A DNA stretch of 64,000 bases, taken from NCBI GenBank assembly GCA_030141605.1, contig JAQGDQ010000169.1, positions 124,001-188,000 on the forward strand, given 5' to 3'. Within the stretch, counting starts at the first letter, position 1. Each line of letters opens with the position of its first letter. A program made the position numbers and the translations under genes. Below the pieces are notes generated by a model. That model had not been told where the DNA came from. It did no database searches and saw nothing but the letters and a program-made list of their open reading frames with translations. Source of the stretch: Tubiluchus corallicola. Its lineage: Eukaryota > Animalia > Priapulida. Shown piece after piece: positions 1 to 12,578 of this stretch.

Positions 1-55
1 TCTCCCCCACTATGGTAAATTCTCGACAGAACTCTCTTTCCTGTTAGTTCCATAA

Positions 56-187
56 GTAGTGGACATTCGAGTAGTGGACATTTGGGCAGTAGACACTTGG
101 GCAGTGGATAATTGGGTAGTGGAAAGTTGAGCCCGCACACACTTGAGCAGAGGAATTCGAACAGTGTACACTTGAGCAGCGCAATTT
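56..187. repeat. Tandem array of about 9 degenerate 15-bp units (gyagtggacayttgr)
   Basis: Units start at 56, 71, 86, 101, 116, 131, 147, 161 and 176. Confidence 0.85.
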
Positions 188-254
188 AAACATTAAATAC
201 TGTAATACAAATGCTACAGAAAAAATTCAATGGAGCACTACCTGGCTATTTTTT

Positions 255-612
255 ACCTACTTACCAACCTACCTATCTAGATAGCTAACTACCAACTTGC
301 CCACCTACCTCTACCTACCTACCTACTTACCTTCCTACCTACCTACCTACCTACCTACCTACCTACCTACCTGCCTACCTACCTACCTACCTACCTACCT
401 ACTTACCTACCTACCTACCTACCTACCTACCTACCTACCTACCTACCTACCTACATAACTACCTGACTGACTGACTGACTGACTGACTGACTGACTGATT
501 GACGGACGGACGGACGGACTCACTGACTGACTAACTAAATAACTAACCAGCAAACTAACTAACTAAATAACTACTAGTTGACTGACCGACTGACTAACTG
601 ACCAACAAACTG
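255..612. repeat. Compound tetranucleotide microsatellite (CCTA)n-(ACTG)n-(ACGG)n-(ACTA)n
   Basis: Directly visible. Confidence 0.95.
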
Positions 613-1143
613 CTTGTACGTTAATGGTTTTGTCAACCATTCGTTGCAAATTTTCTGTATTTTACATCAATTTTTCTAGATTTAAATGCTATTTTGTGAT
701 CTTTTTCCAATGTTTGGAAAGTAGGCGCGTAAAATATCTGCAATGGCGTTTTGTGACGCAAGGTTAGGGAGTAACCGGTGTTGCCTCTCTTTATTATAGC
801 CATGGATTTATGACGTCATTATCGTCTGTTGATAATGTTAAAGGTAATTGCTTGTACGAAATATAAAGACTTCGTCATTATCGTTATTTTTCTAATAATC
901 ATTTTATGGACACGGAGTGTGGCTGGAGTACTGCAGCGGCACATATAAATTACTGTAGGTCTATAATAATAATAATGATGATGAAGACCTTGTTTATAGC
1001 ACAACAAGCGCAGGGGAGAAAAGGGAGAATTTGGGGAGATACTAAAAATTGTTTCATTTATTCCTTCCTAATGTTTATTAATGCAAGTGACGTTAACAAA
1101 AATCATACGGAAAGTCAATTAAGGTAAGAAACGCTCCTAAAAG

Positions 1144-1147
<4 letters not shown>

Positions 1148-1237
<90 letters not shown>
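1148..1237. repeat. (GA)n microsatellite, about 45 units
   Basis: Directly visible. Confidence 0.98.
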
Positions 1238-1241
<4 letters not shown>

Positions 1242-3509
1242 CTATGATCAACCTTTCTTGCAGTGTCATTTTTTGTTGAAGTACCAAGTAATTGTGTTTC
1301 AGATTTATGTGCGTTCTCTTCGAATGTTACTTCATTGCTTCGAGTGAGAATGTTTGTATTTGTGGAAATATAATTAGTTTCTGAAGTTAACACCAACACT
1401 AGAAAAAGTTATGGGTTCCACGTAGAACAACCAGTAATGCCTTTGCTTTTTTAATCCACACAGACATTTCTAACGTGCATCTCAAACAAGATATAATTGG
1501 TTAAATGTGATTTTGCCCCACCATCGTTTGTAATTTATTCCAAATATCAGCATGTTAAAGACCAAGGGATCGACAAATTGATTAACTGGCCACGTGACTT
1601 TCACCGACATCGATATATCACTGTCCTTACCTGTGCCTGTATGTATCTGTATTACGTATTTGACCGAGCTTTGTTATTCATTGGAGCAAATAATAAACTG
1701 CTACCAAAGAATGATGTAGCAATTTGTGTGTGTATATGTGTATAATTATGAAATATATTCTACATGTGTAGAGCAGAGCATGATATCAGGCATAACTAAC
1801 AAGCTAAGTGTGCATGATTAACAATTTTGTTAGCTATGCCCTCTTGCACACGGCACCTGGATGGATGCCTTCAGGATTATTGGTAGGTACTCTTTTATGT
1901 TGATAAGAACAAACATTGTTATGTCATTGCTTTATTTTTATCTACTGGCTATGCCGTCCTCACTTGCTATGTATAATGGAAATGCTCAATAATTTATGCA
2001 AGTCAGTTAAAACATCAATCTGTTATATTTGATTAGACTTGCTTTCATAGGCAGATTATAAAGTGCTCATAAATCCTCTATATATCAACAGAGCGTAATG
2101 ATGTCTGGAGGCTATTATTTAATATTCTCATTCGACATTGCTCCCTAGCTGCTATACTCTAATAGTCGGTGCTGACAAAGGGCAAATTTTTGTGCGACGT
2201 CAGTTAGGGCCCCGTCAAAAATCCTTACCAAGTTTATTGGGGTAATGAAATATCTCTCTATACATTTTCAGCTTTGATAACAAAATGTGAGCACTAACGA
2301 TTTTAAATGAGTTTTTTTCTGGACTACGAGTTCCCATGATAGCGAAGCATTTGTTTTTTCATATGAACAGGTTTCACCGTGCATAATAAGATCACTGCAC
2401 CAGATTGGGATGTTTAGGTTTCGAAACGAAATGCTGCGTATCAATTTACAAGAAATTACTGTTACTGAATACATTAAAGAAGCTGTGGTTTCTATTTTTG
2501 GATAAACTATCGGATTTGTCCTAACTCTCTTGGAACAAATAAGCATTTTAAATACCGGAAATTAGTTTAATATCTTTAAAGATTCCGAGCACTGCATGGT
2601 TTTACAACCTTGCATGCAGGTAAGAAAGCTAAGATAGCTTAACTTTTTCTTTATATATAAATACACAACCTATTCTGTGAGCAAATCATTATTACTCTAG
2701 TAATAAACCCACTAATAACTGCGACAGTTCATCGTATGCAATTCAAGTATACCAATGGGCGGCGACTATCGTAACTTCTGAAGCTAGTTAAAACAAAACT
2801 GAACAAGCGGAAAAGTACGGTATAAAGTATACACTTTAAGACCTATAGTAATGCCAGCGTGTTCTAGTTAAAAGTTATGGCAAGTTAAGAGCTTAACTAA
2901 CGGCAGGCGATCCCGCCAGTGATGCCATCACAACTGAACATAATTTTTGACAGCAGAAATATTCCACGGACGTGTTACACATGTTTGCCTAAGCGAAAAT
3001 TAAAGTACAGTGCTACTGTACAACATTCAATTACGACATACAAGTTCGGAAATTTAAGTTTAAAATTCACATTTCAAGTTTATCGTTTTGCTTACGCATG
3101 AGCTCTCGAACGCGTGCTTTACGTCTCAAATGAACACCTCTGGACTAAGAGGTACAGCGCGTATTTCTCGTGCAACGCGTTTCCGAGTTGAACGTGCTGG
3201 TGCCCGCCTAACCAGCAAGAGGCTAAATGCATGCAACAGCGAAGAACTAGTCGCGCGAAAGCGAAATTTACCATTCTGTAATAATAATTCTTTTATGTAG
3301 GACGTTCTTGAAAGAAATAGCATGTTCTCTTTCAATATTTTATAGAGTAATGTGTTTTGAACTACAGTTTAAGATGGGCTAGATTTTCCTTTACGTATTG
3401 CTAAACTCATTTGTTAGTTTTACTACCATTACCTGTTTTTATAACTGAATATTGTCACAACTGTGAGATATTTAACATGTAATTTTCAGTCAGCACTATG
3501 TATTTACGC

Positions 3510-3950
3510 AGATTCGGGATGAATCTCAAAAGCTCACGCTCCTACTCGAGGCTGATTGGTATATTTTACAAATCATATCTATTACGTAGCATTGTATTGC
3601 GACTATTATTATGTAATATAGTTGGAATTTTTGTTGTAAAAATCAGCTAAAATAAAAAATTATTGAACTGAATTGAATTGAATGGAATGGGTTCTTTTTC
3701 GTCCTATGCCCCACCACTTCACAAACTCAAGGAAATCAGGTTAGTAGCATTGCGTAAACAAACAAGCAAACAAACAAACACACATACATACACACATACA
3801 TACATACATACATACATACATACATACATACAATATCGCAAAATTAACGCGGATTTTTATATTGACTTCGCATATTACAGGTCGAGCTTCCTCCGTCAGA
3901 GTCAGAGGAACAATAGAGGGGAGGATCAACAGTTAACAAATAAATAAGCA
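3510..3950 (+). mobile_element. Helentron/HINE-like non-autonomous element with internal (CAAA)n(CATA)n microsatellite
   Basis: Motif ccaccacttcacaaactcaaggaaatcaggttagtagcattgcgtaaacaaac runs into a tetranucleotide array (3757-3830), resembling the core-plus-microsatellite layout of DINE-1/HINE elements. Boundaries approximate. Confidence 0.4.
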
Positions 3951-4424
3951 GCGTAGCATAATTGAATCTGTGTACTGCATTAAATTTAGTATGTTTAATG
4001 GATTCTCACCTAAACAGACGAAGATTTGTAAGAATTATGTGAGAATTATAAGTTAGTACATGCTGATTTATCATAAATAATGATTTTGGATTAACCGTCG
4101 AAGAATCATCAATATCGTCTTGCGGTGCATTACTGTTCACGCTGAATATTATTGTTGCCTGTTGTTATCATTGCCAGCATCAAATACCCTGTAATCATCT
4201 TACCTGGCGCGTGGGTGTAATGCTGGGAGTGTGCTAAAGCGCCAGACTATAGCCGCTATAATCAGCGTTCATCTAATTCCCGGAGGTGTAAATAGCATAG
4301 CCTGTGTCTGGCTGATATATAAATAAAGCATAAAGTGGAATTTCCTTATTATACAGAATTTCTCATAGCGGCTTTACTAATGTTCAGCGCTATTTAATTA
4401 GTTGTTAAACTGTTTATAAAAAAA

Positions 4425-4530
4425 CTGCGATCCGCGAGGAGTTTCGAACTAATACGCGGCCTACGTCACAGAAAAAACACAGTGTCGCAGATGGCCTAGC
4501 GAGTGGTCTACTAGACCAGCCACTGTGGCT
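4425..4530 (-). mobile_element. Possible tRNA-derived SINE head
   Basis: GC-richer island; minus strand shows an A-box-like gtggctggtctagtag and a B-box-like agttcgaaact; I could not fold a cloverleaf. Confidence 0.25.
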
Positions 4531-5794
4531 TTTTAGCCTTTTCTTTCCGATGTACCCTTGTTGCGATATATCTGAATGTAATTCCCCCTCATCTCTTTAG
4601 ATTGTCCGAACGTGGATACTTTATACCATTTTTCAGCATGTCATCTTTTCTTTCTGAGATTGTTTAATTTTGCACACTTTACTGTTACTTGCATTATTTT
4701 TATAGTGTGCATCCTTTCAAAATTAATAGTCATAGAAAATGCTGGCTTATTTTAAAACTTAGATAAAATTAGTATTTTAATTCATCTACCCTTATATTAG
4801 GTAGAATTTTAGTTTGTAGAAGATCAGTATTTTAATAGTATCCGCCTGTCAGTCTGTGGTTCTCCCCTTGGGGGAATACCCCACCCTCGTTTGAAAATCG
4901 CTGTATAAGATGGTCAACCAAATTTATCAATACTTACCGCTAATATATAAACTGTATATACAAGTAAACGAAAGTAGAAAGCTTAAAAGAATAGCCATAT
5001 GTGATCATAACACACTGACAGACTACACAGTAAACACGACTACATAAGCTTATAATTATTATTGCTGCCAGGCTAATTATTACTTTTTTATTTGATTTCA
5101 TTTTTATAGTTTTTGTTAATGTGTGTCACTGTGTAACAAAACCTAAACGAATGCCTGCAGATTTACATAGGCCTATATTTGGTGTGCATCGCGAGCTCAC
5201 ATGCCGGCGACAATTTGACTGAACAATCTTTGTCAATTGATTTTCTCATTAACCATTCATAGGTTTTATGCATAAATTCTTGCTGTACACAAGCTCAGAT
5301 AAATAATTCATTTGTAACGTAGAAGAAATTTTGGGAACTAGTTTGGCTATCTAAAACTGTTCTATTATGCTAATTAATTCACACTTTTTAACAGCGAGTT
5401 ACGTAAGCTTGTAGCGCACGTTGTTTGCACTTAAAGAAAGTATTTTTATACAGTTCGGCAGACTGTAAGCTGAAATTCAGCACAACGAGAAAAACTATAA
5501 TACTACTAATACCAAATGTTGTGGTATTACATGAAAGCAAGCTCGATATCAAGAATAAACCTCCAAGATACAACACTGGACCGGCAATGTTGCCTCAGCG
5601 ATGCTCGTATGATGAATCCTACCTCAAAGAGAAAACTGGCTGGCGGCCGTATGATGATTGGCGATTAAAAATGGTTTTCTTTTGTTTATTGTTCATTGAT
5701 AAACTTTCAAAACATTTTGCCGGTCATCCATCCGTTTACTAAGCTGGTTAATTAAAGTCAATTAAGTTACTAAGTGCACAAGGGTTTTAATTTA

Positions 5795-6140
5795 ATTTAG
5801 TTAGTTTAGAACTTGTTCACAACACAACTGTTGTATAATCGAATTACAATTACGGTTTACAAGCCAAGTTAAATTAACTACTCAGGTCTATGTAAAGACC
5901 TGCATCTTGTGCAAACGCAACCAGAAATGACCTTGGCACAAGTCCGACATTATGCTTTGCTAATCTTGTGCTGGATTTGCGTAGATGTGAAACGTTTATA
6001 AGAAGATAGTTAAGTAGATTGAAGAAGCGGTCAATAAAAATCAATTTAGTAAATTTCTCTGAGAGTGCGTTAAAGCATATCTTGTTTTTTAGTGAAGAGC
6101 TTAGGAACTTTATACTGTCTCACTAAGAATGAATGTAGTA
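5795..6140 (-). mobile_element. Degenerate LINE (CR1/L2-like) 3' fragment
   Basis: Minus strand gives an NALSE...LSSYKR-like remnant of an RT C-terminus and ends in an (ctaaa)-like tail (tttag repeats on + near 5796-5809). Confidence 0.35.
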
Positions 6141-6299
6141 TCTGAATTTTAACTAAGATATTGTTTTGTGTAAAATTGTTGAAATTTCATTATGATTTTA
6201 GTGAACAAATAAATATGAATTGTCAACATTCATATAAAATGAGTATAATTATGTATTGAGTTTTTAACTTATGCAAAAGTATTAATGCAATTTAATGTA

Positions 6300-6856
6300 T
6301 GCGAAAGCCGCAAAACAAATACGAGTATATCAAATATAAAACAAATTGTGATTGTGGTTATTATTTTGAAAACTCAGAGCATTTCTTCCTAGAATGCCTT
6401 CATTATTATCAAGCCAGAGATGCTCTGCTCAGTCAATTAAATAACATATTATTGCCTTTAAATTTTAAGATATAGTAATAGTGATCATTGTATCTTTGTG
6501 GAAGTAATGATTATAATGCTGCTGTTGACTGTAAAATTTTTAATTGCATTCAAAATTACATTATTTGTACTAAACGTTTTAATGTGGTCGGACCTTAGAA
6601 TCCCTTTAACGTATTTATGGTAAACTTAAGAAAGTTATTGTTATTATATTATATTATTCATTGTGTCACATCTGCTGTCTTTGTATGTATATGTCGTTGT
6701 TTATATGTATTTGTATGTATGTATATCTATTTGAGTTTATTTGTACTTATATTATTTTATTTTTTTGGACTTTTGCTTGTACGTATATTTGCATGGCGAG
6801 GATTCATGTATGAGTTTTAAAAACTGATCTGTCAGATCTGAACTAAACTAATAAAT
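6300..6856 (+). mobile_element. 3' end of a degenerate CR1-group LINE (ORF2 C-terminal zinc knuckle plus 3'UTR)
   Basis: 6347-6598 translates CDCGYYFENSEHFFLECLHYYQARDALLSQLNN...(stops)...LYLCGSNDYNAAVDCKIFNCIQNYIICTKRF. This is the CxC-x-H-x4-C...G...IF...YI..T.RF pattern of non-LTR ORF2 ends, followed by a T-rich UTR and an aactaaactaataaa tail. Confidence 0.75.
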
Positions 6857-9800
6857 ATATAGCGAACTAACATTTATCAATTTAAAGGTAACTAGTTACA
6901 TTAAAATAAGTAACAATATTTTGTCTTATATGTAGAGACCACTATTTTCATTATCCAATGAATGATGTTGAAGTCAGCAGATGTGACTGTTATAATAATT
7001 GATACCTTGCAGGCTACATCCAGCCATAACAAAAGAAACCAGGCGCCAAAAAGAGCATCCATACTCTGCAGGCAGCTGACTTTTGGTCACCTCGTTCCTT
7101 GTATTAGACTTTTTAGCTGCCGTATAATCGTGGTTAATGAGAGGTTTCTTCTGGTAACTGGGTCAGCATTTTGACTCGTTCGGCTGCCAAAGTATTGTTG
7201 ATTAATATAATTATTAAGGCGAGAAGTTGGAACCATCTGCAATGGTTAATGAATGTGTAGTTAAATAAAATTACACAAATAATAGTGTCAAACAACTTGC
7301 AGACGTGAGTTGACTTGCAGGCCGCAGTGAGTAAAACGGCTTGAGTGGCAAGTGTATAAAACGTCTATATCTTAAAAAATTATCATTTTTATGCTCAATA
7401 TTAAAAATAATACGGAAAGTTTACAAAATTTACCCAGTTTCGTTACAAATAGGTCCTACCTATTTTACAGTCACATATTTCTGTGCGCTGTTGTTTATAT
7501 TAAATTTTGTGTACAAAGTTGTGTGCTCGCTGACTAATGCACAGGAATGCTAGAGGCTGTCTCATGGACTCTTGTCTACACTCATTCGTCTTTTTGAATG
7601 ACACCTTGTCACAAAAATGGGCTTTTACCATCAGCCACCCATTTCAAGGTAGATTACACAGTGCAAGTAAAGTCTATCGTGCTGTATTTTGTATGCCTAT
7701 ATATTTTTTTAAAAAAATTGTATTATTGTTAAACTGAAAGAGGCCAGTGTCCGTAAGTAACACGTTTTCAACTTGTGCTATTATTCTACTGCTAGTCATA
7801 GGGCCTGGTTCTGCTGCAGGTGCCGTCGTCGTCGTCATCGTCGCCGCTGCTGCAACATCAGCAATAGCAACAACAGCAAAATAATAGAAATAGCGGACTA
7901 CCAGTAGTATAAGAATCCAGCTAGACCATTACTTCTGTTGCTGCTGTTACAACTGCTTCTGCTGCTGTTTCTTTTCCTGTTGCTGAAATTAAACTGGGTT
8001 ACGAATTAAAATTAAAAAAACCCATACTGATTTTTTGCGCATTTTGTCTTTTCTTTCGATTAAGACGTATACGCTCTAGAACGGTACACCGAAACGTCCA
8101 CCCTGTTTTGTAAATTTTTTAAATTAAGTTTTTAAATATGCTTACTTTCATTAGTCTATCATTGGTGTGAATTTTTTTGTGAATGTAATTATTCTTTGTT
8201 TAATAAGTGAAATGTTGCAATTAGCTTGTATTAACGCTTTTAAGGAGCACTGTTTGATTTCAAGATAACAGTTACGATAGTTACTTTCTCATTTATTATT
8301 AAATATCTATAGAATATGATAACTGGCTGACTGCATTCCTATTAGGCCACAAAATATACAATTTTTAAGATACGCAATCTATTTGACTACATAGCTTCCA
8401 AATTATTGAATAACTTTCATATCTGATTGCGTCACTGTTGCAATTTTGCACGTTGCCTAAAGTATGTATATCAAACGATAACACGCTTCAAAAATGTGTC
8501 TTAATGAAGCATCTATACAAGTTTATTGGCAATGTTTGTACATCTAGACCGACAGTCAGTACGATTATACTAATTGCGCGTCACTTCCATACAAATTATG
8601 ACATAATTGTCGGCACTGTCTATTAAGCTCTCTTCTTAATCATTGAAAATCTAAGCTAATATTTACCCAAGCTAGCGAGCTGGATAGTTGACTTTGTATT
8701 GGTGATACACTGTAACCGCTAAAGAAGAGAAATCGAGTCAGGCATGTGTTTCTGCAGTCTTCTTTTCATTCGGTAACAACTCAGAGAGGGAGAATGAATG
8801 GAACATTCAAAGCCGGACAGCATGGTATAACCCGTCCGTTTAGGAATATGAATGATTCTAAAACGAACCTTACCTGTTGCAGATCACATCGCAATGATGG
8901 CTGTAAGCTCGCTGCTGGTGTTTATGTGATGTAACCTGTGCGTTTCTATTTGCTAATTGGACGCTCAATGATGAGAGGCGTGGTTTAATGAGCTGCATGG
9001 CTGCTGCGGGCACTTGACTGAATGCCGCAAGAAAACGGTGAATTTAATACCGTAAAGACAGGTGACTGACAGCCAGGCAACATGAACGTACACAGACGAA
9101 GCACTATAGTTCATAATCATTTAATATGCAAGAAATGTTTTCAATGAGGGATAGATAAAGTGTTATTTCTTATAGTTTGCATATATATAGTCATATCGTG
9201 TTTTACATGTATTGTATATTTTTCCATGCACACTGCGTTTTCTTCGATTTCTTGAGCCGCAAGGTAAGGTTATTATTCATTTTACTACAACACGTCAATT
9301 TTACTATTGTGCTAATGCTGTCTACTGATCTTATCTGTTATAATACCTGTCTTACACAATGAGCTATCTGTACAGCGCGAACAGACAGCAATGCTGGTAT
9401 ACACAAAATAAAATTATTCGCTGTCGGTATTTACAACAGTCGCGCCTGACGTTTTACTTATAGTTTTAAATAAAGATGCTGGTGTTATTTTGGAAAAAAT
9501 AATTATAACATCAACAAGACAATCAGGATTTATCAGTTTTACATAAATAAAGTTAATGTCAGTTTCAATATATACATATTACATCGTAAACAGTATAAAA
9601 AAATACGGTCATGTAAGTTCTATATATGTGAGCATAGCAGACATCTGTGTGAGTATATAACTAGTTTTCTGTAGTACATACATACTACCGAAAAATAAAA
9701 GCATATGATAAAAGGACTGCATCTTTTTGGTATGACAAACGGTGACGAAGATTGTTTTTGAAGTTTATGTATAGTACTAACGATTTTTATTTATAGTGTT

Positions 9801-12438
9801 TGATGTTTACAATATAATTTATCAGTGTCATTTTCGCTTATTAAACATGCAATTTTATCATTGAAGTAACTGAATAAATAAGTTCTTTTAAATTAAATAA
9901 ATAATGTGACATAAATTTATTACAAAATTAAATCAGTTAGTTCTCTTTTAAATTTCCTGATTACCTACTTTAACCACTTGTAGGCAATTTTTTAAAAAAA
10001 AATTCTAACTAAAATTATACTGACTTGCCTTAGATTACCCATTAATTTAGTATTAATTTTGTTTTTTTGTTACAGTTTGCGCTTGGTTTGCAAATTTAAC
10101 TTCTTAAAATTTTCAAAATAAAAAAATTAGTATTTTGCTTTAAGCCGCCCTCAATAAAATTATATAGATTCATAATTAGGACAAAGATTCTAACATCTTT
10201 AGTGTTAGCTTATTGTAAGCTATAATTATATTTCATGAAGTCTAAGAAAAAAGTGTGTTATTTAATTAATATTGTTGTATTTTATATTACAACACATGCG
10301 TGTTGTTGTAATATAATTAATAATAAATATATAATTAATTAATAATATTTATTATTATTCAGTTTATAATTAATAATAAAAAATAAACAAAACAGCAAAA
10401 TAATGGAAGAATAAACTGCTATAGCGTCTATAAACTTCTGCAGTATTTGTTGAACTACTGTGCATTTGTTTTGCTAATAAATCAGGTTAAAATTCTATAG
10501 ATCTAAAATTTATAGGCGTTTAAAGAGAAGTTTGAACTTCTGTATATTTAATCAATTACATTTATTAGTAGTGTCCGGTCTGCCGTAAACCCAGCTGAAA
10601 TTATTACATGATACAATTTCAGAAACTAGTGAAATATGCGTTAAAACAATTATAATTTCGCAAAGAAGCTTTTGGTAAATTAATTATGTGTTTAACAGTG
10701 CGTAATTAGCATCACACAGTTGCACAGGTTATTTTAGCAATTTTAGATTTTATCTAATATGTATGAAAATTACTATATTACAAATAAAAAGACTAAAAAC
10801 ATTTTCAAAAAGGTTCGTTATCTTTGACGATGAAACTTGATTGTCATTTAAAATCTGGTAATATTTGTCTAGCAAAGGGAGGTTACACGAACAAAACAAA
10901 ATCAGTGCCAAAATCAGTGCAATCAGTGCATATAGGTTCTTATCAGTAGCTTTTTATAAGACGTACTGTGTATTGAAAACCGATATTATGAGTGTATAAA
11001 AAATTAAACCGATGTTTTAATTTTACTTTTTTATTCTTGAAAAAATAACACATGAAAAACCTCATATAGTCTAATAGTCTAATATTTATTTCATTCATCG
11101 ACATATAGAATAACTAACGAGCTAGATAATTGTAAAGTTGGTATAGAGCCTACCTAATAATTATGGTATTTCATAGAAAGCATTGCAACTTAGAACTTTT
11201 TGAGCAGTAATAATATTACTATCATTACTTTAATAGGCGTAAAGATGTTTGCTGAATGTATACGTCACAGCATTTCGTAATTATGATGATAAATAATATA
11301 TGCGTATGAATTAACTGTTCATTTAAGCAAATTCTTTGAAACGTTTGCCCTTTTCTTAAATTTGTTAAAAAATATTATAACTTACAAATATTGTAACTTA
11401 ACAATATACCCACTCACACTAGCTTTAAAATTTGATGTCATAGCCTGTAACTCAGCTACTACAGCAATATTTAAACACAGTGACATTTTGTTTTTGCTAA
11501 TAATAATTTTGCGACCTGCGCATTTCGATCAATGTAACCTCTCTATTAATAGTTAATGAACAATAAAGATCTGCGTTTTTTGCGCTGGCCTAGTTGCTGT
11601 TGAACGCGCAGTACTATATACGCTGTCTGAAAGTGCGTGTAACATGACTGCTCGATATATCTTGATGTTTTTACCTGTGTATTATAGGCACTATCAATCT
11701 AATCAAACTCGCTCTACCTGTCTGTAGATCAATGTTTTCAATGATGGCGAGCAGGACCATTATCGTCATCATTACGGATCATTTTGATAAATTGACGTGA
11801 ATTGCTCGCGCCGAGCAGATGTTTTTCTTGTACCACACAGGTGAAATGGTAAAAGTAATCCCCGCTACTAATAATTGTACAGTAGGACAATTTTTAGTTG
11901 GCGGACTGACTAATTTTAGACATTGACAACCAGATGTTACAGTGAACTCTTGGTTAGAACAGCCTGACTACACAAAGTCGGTTTGAAATGCATAAAACCG
12001 CCTATAACTATGGACATCTGCACCAACTTTATGTAGATCTAACTTTATAAAATTTAGGTATCACCATGACAATACGAACACATGCCTAGAGCAAGTAGTG
12101 AAAATATATCCGAAATGGTCACTCTACCTCCAAGTGCGTATAATGAACCAGACTGCAGAGTCTTAGATACACACAGCGAACAAAGGATAATGTTCATCGT
12201 TGTTCAACACATTCCATTTTCAGCTTCTTCTGCAATTATAAGAAATTTAAGCTGATAAGACGTGCATTATATTTCACAGATAGTTTACTGCTTCAATTGT
12301 GATCTTCAGCTGGAAATTGTGGTTTTTGTAAACTGAACCACGCTGCTATGAAATTATTCATACTCACAAAAAATGTGCATCATCAACAAAACTCTTATGT
12401 TGATATAAGGAAAGGTAACATTTTGGCGTTATTTGCAG

Positions 12439-12578
12439 GCATCTGGAAGATATTCTGGAAGGTGGTGGGACCTGGACTGCCTCTAGCCGGACGCTGGCGG
12501 ATACACATCATTAGTGAATCCTTGCACTACGGATATCATGTATGCTACTAAGCGTCGGAGGCGCAACGTCAAACCTAG
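12439..12578 (+). CDS. AHR: AHR coding exon 1 (5'UTR 12439-12537; CDS from 12538, [13 protein letters not shown][S])
   Basis: Acceptor atttgcag ends at 12438. In-frame TAG at 12484-12486 lies upstream of ATG 12538. Peptide matches the AHR/spineless N-terminal YA(T/S)KRR motif. Phase-2 donor ag|gttagt fits the next exon. Confidence 0.9.

Noticed and set aside
1093-1399. SL/ER/HT-repeat ORFs here and at 14496-15025, 28124-28721, 37255-37757 and 41478-42036
   Set aside because: Translations of microsatellites and pyrimidine tracts.
8058-8100. Minimal hammerhead-ribozyme-like motif (...gtacaccgaaacgtc)
   Set aside because: The CUGANGA core reads ttaaga and stem II has mismatches; at best a dead Penelope-type relic. 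ctgatga at 46705 likewise lacks a valid GAAA and stem arrangement.
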